A stretch of DNA of 60,525 bases, counting the filler, from Sphacelaria rigidula (taxonomy: Eukaryota), in assembly GCA_964200075.2 (NCBI GenBank). It is 4 parts of 4 records of this genome, joined end to end, with 100 filler letters (N's around TTAATTAATTAA, not from the genome) between each part and the next. Parts side by side here need not be neighbours in the genome. Positions count along the whole stretch, not along the records: positions 15,160 to 30,215 come from CAXNAA020001929.1; positions 30,316 to 45,371 come from CAXNAA020001930.1; 2 more parts are not named here. One strand, 5' to 3'. The notes beneath the pieces were generated by a model. It was not told the origin of the DNA and made no database searches. It worked only from the letters and a program-made list of their open reading frames with translations. A program made the translations under genes and the position numbers. Numbering within the stretch: position 1 is the first letter of the stretch; each line of letters opens with the position of its first letter. Below are positions 23,901 to 35,484 of the stretch, piece after piece.

Positions 23901-26900
23901 CTCGTTTCCGTTTTATGGACGAGCCCGCAGCAAGAGGAACGGGGCGGAGAACGCACGGCGATCGGATCCGGAGCGACGGGTGAGTGGGAACAGGGGGAAA
24001 GGAGGAAGTGTTTGGGACACCATAATTCATCTGCCGTGAAGGGAGAGCGAGAGAATGTGTCCGCAGTTTCTCCCTCGAGCCAAAAATGTGTTCTACGGTG
24101 GTACCCAGATGAATTAGACTAGAGCAGTCAGTTCCGCTCTTTCATCCATTTTGCACCGCGTTCCAAAAAACACGAACGGTGGATTTGAAGGCACGCTATG
24201 AAGCACGCACCCTGAGATGCACACGGTAACAATGGAGGCGAGACTTACCAGAAACAAAATGTTCCGCATCGCTGAAAATCTTTCAAACCTGAGTTTGTAT
24301 AATCAGCAAACGCGGAACAGTAATTATAAAAAAAAACGAAACATGGCGCCAAACTCGATTGTTTCGGAATTTTGAACATCTCCTTCGTGTACGACTCATG
24401 GAGGCTTCAATGTCCACCCCTGTCAAATTTGCAGATCCATAATTTACGCGGTACATTACTACCCATTGCAACTATTGCACATATATTGTCCAGGGGGTGC
24501 AAATTTGACTACTGCTGTAGTAGTGCGCTGAACGAGCATATGATTGGACACACCTCGACACCAGCTATACTCACTCCATTCGAATATATGGCTCTATTTA
24601 CGCCCTTGTCCACGCATTTTATGCGGACCATTGCTTGCTGTGAAATCGTACCACAAACGACGTTGCAGCGCTTCCCCACCAAAAGCTTGGAGAAAGTGTT
24701 GCAGAAAATGATTTCAAGCTCTATTTCTGCAGGCAGTAAAGTGGCCGACACAACAGACAGGACCCAACGCCAAAGCAATGCTTGCTTTTCATCGGAGAGT
24801 TTCGAAGTACACGTGGCTCGTCGTCCCTCCGGTAGTGGGGGCCATATTTCGTCAGACAATCACAGTACTAGGAAACGAACCTATTCGGAAAATGCACTGA
24901 GTCAAAACCTGCTACAAACTGCTCAAGTGGTGAACAAGTGGACATACTTCGACGCCACAGCAACGGTGTTCATGGCAGGTTTTCCGCGCGTCGGCTCTCC
25001 CCTATCGTGAAATCGCGCTGGAACTTACTGGTTTCTTTCGTTCTATTCTGGCACACTTCCAACCCCTGGCCTTTCCCAGGACGAGCCCGTGGTTTCGAGT
25101 GATCAAACTATCTTTCCCTCGGCGCACTCCATGCATTTTGACATCACCGAGTGGATCATGACCAGCACTGCCGCCTTGCGTCGACTCTCGTGAAAAAAAC
25201 AAAAAACACTACTTTTCATACTCAAGTGTAAGCGACAGGAATCAGCTACTTTTTCAGACAAGCCCAAGTGCATCTGCAGGGAACCGAACCCGCAACTTCC
25301 CGACCTAACGGTGTCGGTGGTACCATTAGACCATTAGACCATTAGACCATTAGACCATTAGGTCACCGGGCGCGCCGCATGGGCTTGCATTTAGTATTGA
25401 CAAGTTATTGATTGATTGATTGATGCGTAAATTTAAATACATATATATATTAGCCGTCGTCATTGCCCACAACATAGACGGACCCAAGACGACTAAAAGA
25501 GAACACTCACCACCAGAACTCGAGAAACGGTGAAGATCAATATATGGAGGGAGGGGGAAGGGGGGTTGGGGGTGTACTCATGATCATGCATGCCATAGTC
25601 ATGAGACCATTGACCTCGCAGGGGGGTGGGGGGGGGGGACAACATTGTGAAACGGCAGAAAGACGGCAGAAAGACGAGGGAAGCCGAAGACCACAACAAG
25701 AGACCTCAGCGCGCAAAAAACGGAAACCATTTCATGTTTCGATGGAAATGACGATTTGCTTCCCTAACAAACTCAATATACCCATTATTATCTGTTCATA
25801 ATTTTGCGGTGTCGTCAATACTAGATGCCTCCACGATCATTCCCCGCACTATTCCTGTGGAATAGGTTTCATTCTTTGGGCCTCTGCGGCGTGCATCGGG
25901 GTTAACTGTAGTACAGGCGGCACATAGTTAGTACATATATTTCCCGGTAGACAAAAGTCAACACCCCGTGCAACCCCTGGCGCGCGAAACGAAGAACAGT
26001 AGAACAACTGAAAAAAAAAAAAGACACAATGCTCCGCTCACAGAAGCAAGTCAAACTGCAATCATACTTCTAGGCGGAGCGGCGCGCAACGGAATCCCCC
26101 CCCCTCACCCCCCCGTCCGCTCCCTGCTCACTCTCACAACAACTGAACATTAGCTTTACTCTCAGCCATGGCACACTGTCGTAAACCCCCCAGAAGCGCA
26201 ACAGAAGTGATGGCTATATTCCAATCGTGAAACACCTTCGGATTCAATCGCCCTAATAAATTTGTCTTACCCCAGAATTTTCCGCAGCAGGCTGCTCTTC
26301 CCTAGCTCGCGCCGGGCCGACGTCGGAGGCAGCACTATCTCTTGCTTCCAATGCTTTCGTGAGCTCCGCTATTTTGGCTGGTTATCGCGCGAATATCGAC
26401 GACATGGCAAAATTCCCACAGCCACGTTACAAAGTGTGTCATCCTACTCTTTGCCATGTTCGTGGCTGCATGTGAGGACGCGTTATTGTGCTTCACGGAA
26501 GTCAGCTGTTGGTGCCCGCTATTGTCATTTTTTTGCTAGCAATAGTCCCATGTGGACAAAAGCAAAAAAAATGGAAACACAAGAAAATGGGAGGAGATAA
26601 AAAGTGACATATAGAGGTCTACTGGGCAAGGTTAGTGAAGATCGGAGTTTACCCCTTCGTGTAGATTATTCGGCGGTAAAATAGCTCCGGGGTACGGCCT
26701 GATGGGATCGAGGGATATGGTGACGAGCTTGTCGACATCCGACAAAGCGCCTTGATTGGTGAACGACCTTGGGGTATACCGTACTTCCAGGACATGTACG
26801 AGCTGGGCCAGCATAGAAACGGATACGGATTCAAGCTCTCAAAACAATATCTCATCGGCACAAAAGAGTTGGGCACTGATCCTCATATCGTATTAATCGC

Positions 26901-29900
26901 CTAATCAAGGGGAAGGTGCCCATCTGCTCAAACGTCTGGCCAATATTTTCTCGTTGATTAAATCCCATGTCTAGTCATTCCGATACCCAACGGAGCTAGC
27001 ATCCACACTAAAATCTATATGAAACCCCCGATCGATACATTCAGCTGGTGACGACGATTTTTGGTGTGGATATTCCCTGGAGACCGGGGAGACGATAGAT
27101 ACCCTCACCTTCACCTAATTGATTATCCATCTCGAGATATGGCGCACATCAGTTTCGATACTAAAATCAATATATTACGAGCAGAGGGACTATATGAACT
27201 AAATCTGGATATCGCGTCTCAGGTTTTGAGAGTTATGCTATGAAATTTCGTATGGAGAACCGACGGTGCATAACAAAGTTGAAAAAAACAGCCTTTTCAC
27301 TTCTTTTATTTCCCGTTTTAGGGCAGCTTTGCGGAGAAATGAACACTGCTCTTGGGCCGTATCTCAATATTTTAGCTCATTTTTAGGATTGTGATTTGAA
27401 ACTCAGGATGAAGAACCACAGAGGTATGTTGAATGATAAAACAAAATGACCCTCAATTTTTTTTTTTGGGGGGGGGGAGAGAGGTTCGGGCGTTCTCGTA
27501 AAAAATGGTCATTTCCATACTAAAACGCCCTGAACCAGTGGGGGAAAAAATCCACCTGACCCACTTTGTTTTGTAAATTATGCCCTAGCCACGGCCGGCA
27601 CAAAATTTCAATACACAAACATCGAACGTGGGCCAGTAAGAGGCCTGCAAAATAATATTTTGAATTTCTTCTGACCCCGTCACTAAACGTCTTATTAACC
27701 GACCAATATCAACAGTTGGGCCCTGAAATTTGGTATAGACAATGAAAAGGGCACAATAAAAAAAACTACCAGTGCACACAAGGTTTCTGTTTTTTACATG
27801 AGTTAAGGGCAATAATCAGTTTTCAGGTATCAGTAAAATGCCCTTAACTCATGAAGGAAAAAAACTTGTGAGCACTGGTATTTGTTTTAGTATGCCCTAT
27901 TCGTTTTCCATACCAAATTTCAGGTTCCAACTCTGAATATTAGCCGATTAATGGGCCTACAGATTTGCTTCTTGGCTGACCCAGCTCGTATTGGTGACGG
28001 TTCTTTACAAAGAACACGAACAAGTGAACAGGAAAAAAAGCACGGTTGACGCACTTGGACACGGTCACAAAGTCAGCTTCGAAAAATGTGTCAAAAATAC
28101 AGTGAAAGCTGAAGCCTGTTACAACCGCATCCCCATAAATTCACAACGAGCACGACTAAATTTTAGACGGGAAGCTGCCAGGAACTTTTTACGATAGTCG
28201 ATGTTAGCTTACACTGTATCTTGAAATAGAGCTATGGGTAAGGCAGTAACTTAGATGCTTCTTCCTAGCTTATTAATCATCACAGCCCGCAGAGGAGGGC
28301 GCTCTGCCCACTCAATATGAGGCATTTCCGACAATCTCCCACCGTATTGCGAATACTAGTGTTGAATCGGTGAGGCACCTTGATACTCCCGATCGGCGTG
28401 AGCAAGGGCTTCAGCGGTTGCTAGCTCTGCCTCTTCTGCCGCTCGTGCAGCCGCCTCTTCGAAGGCTTCCCTTAGCGCCTCCGCGTTATCCTCCGCTTTC
28501 GCCCACATTGCCTGGGTTTATGAAAAAACGAACGAATTACAAGCACGAATGTGAAAGAAGAAAAACTGACATGAGTCTGGGCGTAAAAAGGGGGAGGCGC
28601 ATCTATACTTGACAATCCCGTCACGCATACTGTGATGTGGTAATCGGGAGACTTCAATATAACCCATGAGAGGTGAACTGGATGATGACGTTGGTCTTCA
28701 TCGATGCCCCTTTCTACTTACTTTCTTTAGTTTTAAAGAGAACAAGCAAGACGACATACTCACCTCCTTAACGCGAGCCACTTCCCCGAGAGCCGCGTCA
28801 CTTCTTGCTAACGCCGCGCGCAAAACCTCCGTGTGCTGCCGCTCCCTCTCCTCCAGTACAGCTCCAACTCTCTCCTCAAAGTCCCGTGACAACGCCTTCC
28901 TCCCCTCCTTTCCAGCAGCGGCCGCAGCCTCAGCGGACACCCTAGCAGCAGTTCGACTGTTGTCCAGAGCCGCTGTCGCCGCTTCCGCGTCTTCCCGATA
29001 TCGAGCTTTAGCTAACTTCGCCTCGCGTAATTGGGCCTTGCATAGATCCAGTTGATCTCGCAATTTCACCGCTTCTTGCTCACGAGCTGTCGCCTGCCGG
29101 CGGTGGGTTTCGGCTTCAGCGGCGGCTCTCTGCGCGCGATCGGCTTCCGCCGCCAACGTGTTGTGGGTGCGACGGAGGGTCTCTGCTAGCTCTGCGGAGT
29201 GGCTGCGCAGCCGCTTTATCTTTTGAATGTCATAAAAACACGAGCAAAAGATAATCGTCCTGGTCGTGGTGAAGCCAGGTGCGTGTAGGGAGCGAATTCA
29301 TCTGCAACAGCACAAAGGGGGTGTGTCCCCCACTTCCTCATCGATATGTCGGGAGACCATACAACTGTTGGCTTTTAAGGCGGGGGCTGACAAGGTGTGG
29401 CACATCATGGGCATAAGTAACAACGGGTGTGCCACACAGACGATAAGACACAGGGTAACTTGGACAAGCCGCCGACACCATCACACGAGCGGGCCGCACC
29501 TCTTCAGAAGCCCGAGCGCGCTCTTCTTCCACAGCCATCTCCGCTTCCGCCCTAACGCGCTTAACCTCTTCAAGTGCACGCCGAGCCCCTTCCACTTCAG
29601 CTCCCACATCAACCTCTGCCTGCTTCCGACCGTTCTCTGCCTCCTGCCGGGCCAAGCGCGCTTGCTCCTCTGCGACCTTGATGGAGTTGGCCGCGGATTT
29701 TCTAGCTGCTTCACCGTCGGCGGCAGATTTTTCCACTGCGCAGTGCGCGGCCTTGACGGATTCCGCGGCCGCTTTTCGAACGGATTCTGCCTCAGCTGCG
29801 GATTGTTCGGCGGCGAGTTCCGCGGCCTTAACGGATTCTGCGGCCGCTTCTCGAACGGACTTTGTCTCGGCAGCGGATTTTTCCGCGGCAAGCTCCGCGA

Positions 29901-30117
29901 CCTTGACGGCATCCGCGGCGGATTTTCTGACGGATTCAGTGTCGGCGGCGGATTTTTCGGCGGCGAGTTGTGCTGTGCGGGCGAGCTCTTCAGCTGTCTC
30001 CCGCCGCCGTTCTGTCTCATAGAGGGCTTTCAAGGCTTCATCCTTCTCGCGAGAGAGGGAGGATAGTGTGGTCCCGACATCAGTCTGCTGTGCTAGAGCC
30101 TTGAGGGCGTTGGTTCT
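17959..30117 (-). CDS. Large Ala/Glu/Arg-rich coiled-coil protein, 3' part (exons 30117-29500, 29219-28764, 28511-28379, 26377-26271, 23896-23093, 22778-22455; probable last exon 18114-17959)
   Basis: AG/GT-bounded exons join in phase and encode heptad-rich helices (LKALYETERRRETAEELART, KLRDQLDLCKAQLREAKLA, YKRELEGLRTRVRELEGMMESRLEE) and Ser-rich linkers. The terminal exon is less certain and extra small exons between 18114 and 22455 are possible. Confidence 0.78.
18597..20490. mobile_element. Non-autonomous TIR element (~1.9 kb), possibly Mutator-like
   Basis: Imperfect TIR GGAAAATTTCACACCCTGGAC / GTCCAGAGTGTGGAAAATTTACC; degenerate 10-bp flanks ACAATGCTAC / ACCACGCTAG; interior filled with CTATCGAT/CTATTG subrepeats and ~39-bp tandem units (19540-19790, 20065-20240). 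Confidence 0.6.
22225..22410. repeat. Dispersed ~55-bp repeat (GGTCAATGGTCAAACGACTAAGGCAAGCAACAAATGAGTAC-polyC), tandem copies
   Basis: Two close copies and one variant here; related copies at ~25570-25625 (reverse), 41005-41070 and 57930-57985. Confidence 0.75.
25279..25372 (-). mobile_element. tRNA-derived SINE-like head with (ACCATTAG)5 expansion
   Basis: Minus strand reads CCCGGTG...CTAATGGT (A-box-like, tandemly expanded)...GTTGCGGGTTCGGTTCCC (B-box-like); resembles 45308-45371. Confidence 0.5.
26799..27988. mobile_element. Tc1/mariner-type non-autonomous element (~1.2 kb, TA TSD)
   Basis: TA|CGAGCTGGGCCAGC ... GCTGACCCAGCTCG|TA; interior homologous to 48004-49183. Confidence 0.8.
29675..29975 (-). 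repeat. Coding tandem repeat, 4 x 75 bp (25 aa)
   Basis: AQLAAEKSAADTESVRKSAADAVKV / AELAAEKSAAETKSVREAAAESVKA / AELAAEQSAAEAESVRKAAAESVKA / AHCAVEKSAADGEAARKSAANSIKV. Confidence 0.88.
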
Positions 30118-30215
30118 CTACGCAATCGCAAAACCCCCGACGAAGGCGCACGAAGGACGAGCAACGAAAAATAGGTACGGAGGAGAGGGGGGGGGGGGGG
30201 GGGGGGTGGTGGCGT

Positions 30216-30315
30216 NNNNNNNNNNNNNNNNNNNNNNNNNNNNNNNNNNNNNNNNNNNNTTAATTAATTAANNNNNNNNNNNNNNNNNNNNNNNNNNNNN
30301 NNNNNNNNNNNNNNN
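30216..30315. other. Artificial contig spacer
   Basis: Same N/TTAATTAATTAA/N linker. Confidence 0.98.
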
Positions 30316-31085
30316 CATGATTGCCTTTTTCTCTTCTTCAATCCTCTTTGAGCCGTACACGCCTCGAATCGCCCCTTTTTTTCTCGGGGACCTTTTTTTT
30401 TGTTTTTTTTTCACCCCTCGGGGCCACAATCACATGGATGAAAGGGCGTGTGCCCTTCATTCATTGGATACTGGCTTGTATATTTTCGTACTTCTTCGCC
30501 GGGTTGTTAATGTTCTCGGGGTTCTATCAACGGTTAATTTTTTCAGGTTTTTCGACATTTTCGGGAAAACTGGATTTTCTCCCTAGCTTTTCTGAAAAAA
30601 AAGCAAACGATGCTGGAGAAAAAAATTCGACAATGGATCTTCGGAGCACTCTGAAGCAAGAGTCTTGAATTAATCTATTTTACATACATCTAACCCGTTT
30701 GCAAAATCTTTGTCACATTTTCCGGAACAAATAGAAAATCCCCGAAAATGCCCGACATTTTCGTCTGGATTTTTTTTGGAAAAATAGTCCCGTTCAAAGA
30801 TTCCCCCCTTTTTCTTCTACTCCCTCCCCCCCCTTTTTCTTCTAGTTGGTTCGTATATAGTTTTTCTCAGTTTATTCTCGTGCCGTTAAGTGGTTATTTT
30901 TTTCTCTTCGTCTCTTTCCCGCTCGATTTTGACTTGAAAAGGGTTTCCGTTATAAGAAAATATTTTTTCACCTTGAGTGCTTTCGTGGATTTTCTTGCCA
31001 CGGCTATATTCCTCGGGGTTCAGCGAATGTGTAACAATCGATCATGATTTGACTAGTCAGTATACAATATATGCTCCACAATTAC

Positions 31086-32936
31086 CAGGGGTCTACACGT
31101 TACACGTGCCACAACGTTACACGTTACGTTCACGTTACGTTTTGGCCGAAACGTAACGTGAAGGGTTAAATTTTCCACTGATATGTACCGATAAAGCCAT
31201 GGTTCTACGGATTGAAGACTGTAGCGTCAGGACGAGGCAGAAACATTTATCAAAAGGGAACACGAAAAAGTAACAAGTACGGGGACTCGATCCGCGCACA
31301 TTCCGCTTAGGACGGATTGATAGTACGGCTCCTCCTACGGATTTACAGCGTAATCCGTGGCAAAATTTTCACGGAAATCAAAGCGCGGATTGTTTCTCAA
31401 ATGGCTCCCGAGGGAGGAAGACGATGTGTATTGCAACGCGAATACGTTGGTTCGATTCCTCGTCAGCATCAGCTGTTTTCTTTGCCCTTTTTTGCGTCAA
31501 ACTCGTTTTACTGTTGATCTCAGAGCAAGGAGAAAAAAACGTGATTTCCTCCGTACACATCCCTGATTTTTTTTCACGTGAAGAACGTAACGTTAAATTT
31601 TGGAATGAAACGTTAACGTAACGTTAATTATTTTGAACGTGCTAAACGAAACGTAGCATGAACGTGAAATTACCCAAACGTCCAAAACACGTAATATGAA
31701 AACGTTTCATGTAACGTTTCATATTACGTTACACGCTACATGAAACGTCACGAAGCGTTTTATGAAGCGGTGCACACCTCAAGTTTACAGTGAATTTTGA
31801 AATCGTAGAAGACGAAGTAATTACTATACAACGGTACAAGTACAGGCCGTGTATTTCGCCACCAGTAGAGAACGAGGTTACAACTAGAGGCTTTACTTTG
31901 CAAACACAGTACAAGTGCAGGCTGTACTTATAACCTTGTACTACTCTATTTCCGACTACAGGCTGTACTCTGCAAGCAGAGTAGTGCAAGGTCGCAAGTG
32001 CAGCCCGTACTCTGTGAGCACAGTAGTGCAAGGTTACACGTACAGCCGTAACCGTCTCAGATAAAGAAAAAAGTGGGCTCCCGCATTGAAAAAAACGACG
32101 CAAGATCGTTCATGATGAAAGCTGTGGGTGGATTTTCCTTCCCTCACAAAGGGGATATAATGTCCCCCCTAGATGAATGCATTGATTGCCTGGACCGCGG
32201 TGTAAACCTGTCATGCATACATACATGCATTCATATGTATGCCTGCCTTTGACGGCCGTGATGAAGTATCTGATTTGTTCATGTATACATGTATAGATAT
32301 ATAGAACCAAGAGTAACCGATATAGTTTTGTCTGCAAAACGTCGGGACGATTTAATCCGACGTTCAATCGCGTTGTTCACGATCTGTTGTGTGTACAGGA
32401 TGTGCTGTCGTGCGAATGACCAAGCATTTGAAAGTTGAAAATTGAACAACAAAAATACGAAAAGAAAAGAGGAGACATGAAAATATTACGGTCAAAAATG
32501 AATTAACGATACACTGTAGAGAAAGTAACGGCACACAATCAGATAATGCGCCTACGCTCAAACATACGACGGGCCACCGTCAGCGTCACATAAACGGTCA
32601 CGTCACGCGTTACACGCCACGTTACAACGCCTTGGACATTGATCAAAGAGCCACGACGTGCACAGCATGAAACGTTACATTCGAAAGTTACACGTGTCGA
32701 CGAAACGTTATATTAGACGTGACACGTTTCATGAAACGTTTCATATTGCGTTACATGTAATAAATCGTGACGTTGAGTTATTTTTACGTCATGAAAGTAA
32801 GGTAAATTTTTCAAACGAAACGTTAACGTAACTTGTAAAAATTTCACGTGCCAAACGAAACGTAAATGTGAACGTTAAATTTTACGAAACGTGATCAGCG
32901 TAACGTGAACGTAACTTTTTTTGGTGTAGACCCCTG
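31086..32936. mobile_element. Non-autonomous hAT-type element (~1.85 kb)
   Basis: Perfect 13-bp TIR CAGGGGTCTACAC / GTGTAGACCCCTG; 8-bp TSD ACAATTAC / AAAATTAC; dense ACGTTAC/AACGT subterminal repeats; no transposase. Confidence 0.85.
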
Positions 32937-33202
32937 AAAATTACCTTGGTATGAAATGCCTTATTTCGGTGAAAGTTGTGTGATCATTATTTCGATATGG
33001 GCTGACATCTAATGTCACCATCCAGTACGTGCTCAACTCGAGCGGTAACGCATTCCGTCGATACATTGGGACTTTCTGCTACCGGATTATTTTTGGTTCA
33101 ATAAACGGTTCAGTCGAGAACTCCGCAGAAGTCAGGGATCACGCGGAGCGAAAAAAAGTTGAACCGTAAAATTCGAAACCCACACATGCTGAGACCTCTC
33201 AC

Positions 33203-33287
33203 CTTGTACAGCAGTTCCGTGTACCCCCCTTGTGACCAATTCCGTGAGGCCGACGAGGGGGGAGGTGTTCCCCTTTTATCCATGACC
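33203..33287 (-). CDS. Possible isolated exon (MDKRGTPPPSSASRNWSQGGYTELLYK)
   Basis: Bounded by AACAG acceptor and AAG|GTGAGA donor; no recognisable homology. Confidence 0.3.
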
Positions 33288-34802
33288 CTGTTTTTTTTTT
33301 TTTTCTTCAAACCTGTACTTCAGGACCAATTGAAGTAAATCTTGCATGTAGAGATATTTTCGGAGCTTGAACTTCGACCCTTGTTATTGTTGGTTGTTGT
33401 GGTTTTTGATTGACCGAGTAATTCATTGATTGCCGTACATCAACTGATTAGCTTCTGATACAGCCGTTGTTGGTGACAAGATGAGCTGAACTGTCAGCTC
33501 TGGTCAATTAAACTTTTCGCACCAGTGGCCAGTTAATCGATATTTTTCCAGTTGACCGATTAGCTGGAGAAACATCGATGAAGAGTGGCGAAGACGCAAG
33601 CTTCAATCCCCCCGCCCCCCTGGCTGGTGAGGGAGCCCCGTCGCCGGAGGCAACAAAAAATGCGGGATTTGGCTTGTTTTTCTTCAAAACCCGCCCCGCC
33701 TTGGTGTTTGTAACCCTGTTGGAACAACGGCATGCATCATCGCTAGTTGGGAGAATTGTACGCTTTCTGTTGGTATCGATGTACCGAGGTCAGATTCACT
33801 GTTGTCCCACCGCAAATGGTTCAAGCGTCGGGTAACACCCCCTCTTCGTTGCTGAGATCGTTGAGTGAGGCGGTGTGTTTGTTTCATCTCCGAGAAAAAG
33901 TATAGGGGGACATGAAGATCATAAGGGGATAGTATGGGGTGCATACGTTTTAACGATGCCCCCCGCGTGCTCGGGGGCATCGCCATTCGTGTGTGAATGC
34001 CGATAAAAGCAGCAAAAATGGTAAATAACACCCCCACATCTGTCTGGAGAGGGGCGAGAGCGATTTCATTCCCGAGTGGGGAGAAATAGGGGGCGGGGGC
34101 GAATCGTTTGTTGTTAACACGTTGTATCGATGTGTTCGTGTGTTTGGGTGCGTCGTCGTTCGTGGGTACCAGGCCGAAACGGTAGAGACTATTCGGGTGA
34201 TGATTGATTTGGGGAAGGGATGCGTACGTACATTGATTCTCCGTGTTAGAAACGATTTTTTCGAATATTTAATCATTTCCATGGTTCAAGTATCTAAACC
34301 CCCCCCGTCATTTCATTCAAATGTATTGCCATTCCCACGGTATATGTCAAACGGTGGATACCACCCCTAAATTCATGGTGGAAAGTACCCCCCGGGGACG
34401 GCTACTTCTTTTCCCCTGCTTTTCCACGCACCTCCCGACCAAATCTGATTTCACCAATGTTGTTGACACTGCTATGCGTCATCTGTCAAATTATGGGCTC
34501 TCAATGATTTTCCCTGATATGTTGATCTTGAATATCTCCCACACGGCCTGGAATAGCGTCGAACTGTCCTATACTGAAATTGGTGTAGAACATAGCCGGT
34601 ATCGGCAAACTTCCGGTAAATTGAATAACTGGGGCCTTCGCTGCCAGTTTCGGTTTAATCGAGAGTATTAACTGGTCCAGTTCACAGTCCTACAGATGAA
34701 TGAAAACGGTCGCTGAAGGAATCTCGAGATTCGAAACATGAGAGTGAAAATATATTGTTGTTGTTGTTGTTGTTGTGGTGGTGGTGGTGGTACCATTTCA
34801 CG

Positions 34803-35038
34803 GTTAGGACGAATCATCACGGGTTCGAATCACCAAATCTTCGATTTCTTCGGCCTGATTGCCCAAAAGGGAGAAAAAAGTTGACCGCTGGTCCAATACT
34901 TTTGCGCCATTCCACGTGTCTGGGCTACTCGTATCTGGGTTACAACGCTGAAAACAAAGCCTAGGGATTGATTCGTACGAGTCGAATCAATCACACTAAA
35001 ACCAATTGATTTCCAGACGAATCATTGATTTGTCCGAC
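34803..35038 (-). mobile_element. ~250-bp MITE family copy
   Basis: Reverse-complement homolog of 40497-40747; GGACGAATCA ends. Confidence 0.7.
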
Positions 35039-35484
35039 ACAAGTACCACTTTGCACTCAGTCTGCACAACCTTACTTGCATGCTGGTGCGAGTGATGATG
35101 CGCTGAGATGAAAGCAGGGACTTCCACAGTGTCTGACAGTTCGGCTACCCCTTCTTCAAACGATGCTAAAATGGGTATAATGGTACTGATGAGTAGAAAT
35201 GTCCCCTTTCAACTACTACGCTTTTTCCTGCGAGGGTATCGATTTTTTGCTGCCTCTGCTGTGGGAACTCCTTTTTTTATTATTCTTCTCGCCGCACATG
35301 CCCATTTTCAAAAATGGTAAGCCGGAAAAGGTTTTCGTGTCAGCTCAAAGTTTTTCGTGTAGGCACAATAGCTGGTGGACAAGAAATATGCACCAAAGGA
35401 AGGATGGCACGGGAGGAGATCCGAAACACGTCGCAGTCGTTTTTCACACTCTCCCCGCGTGTGCTTTGTGTCTGTATCCCGCAG

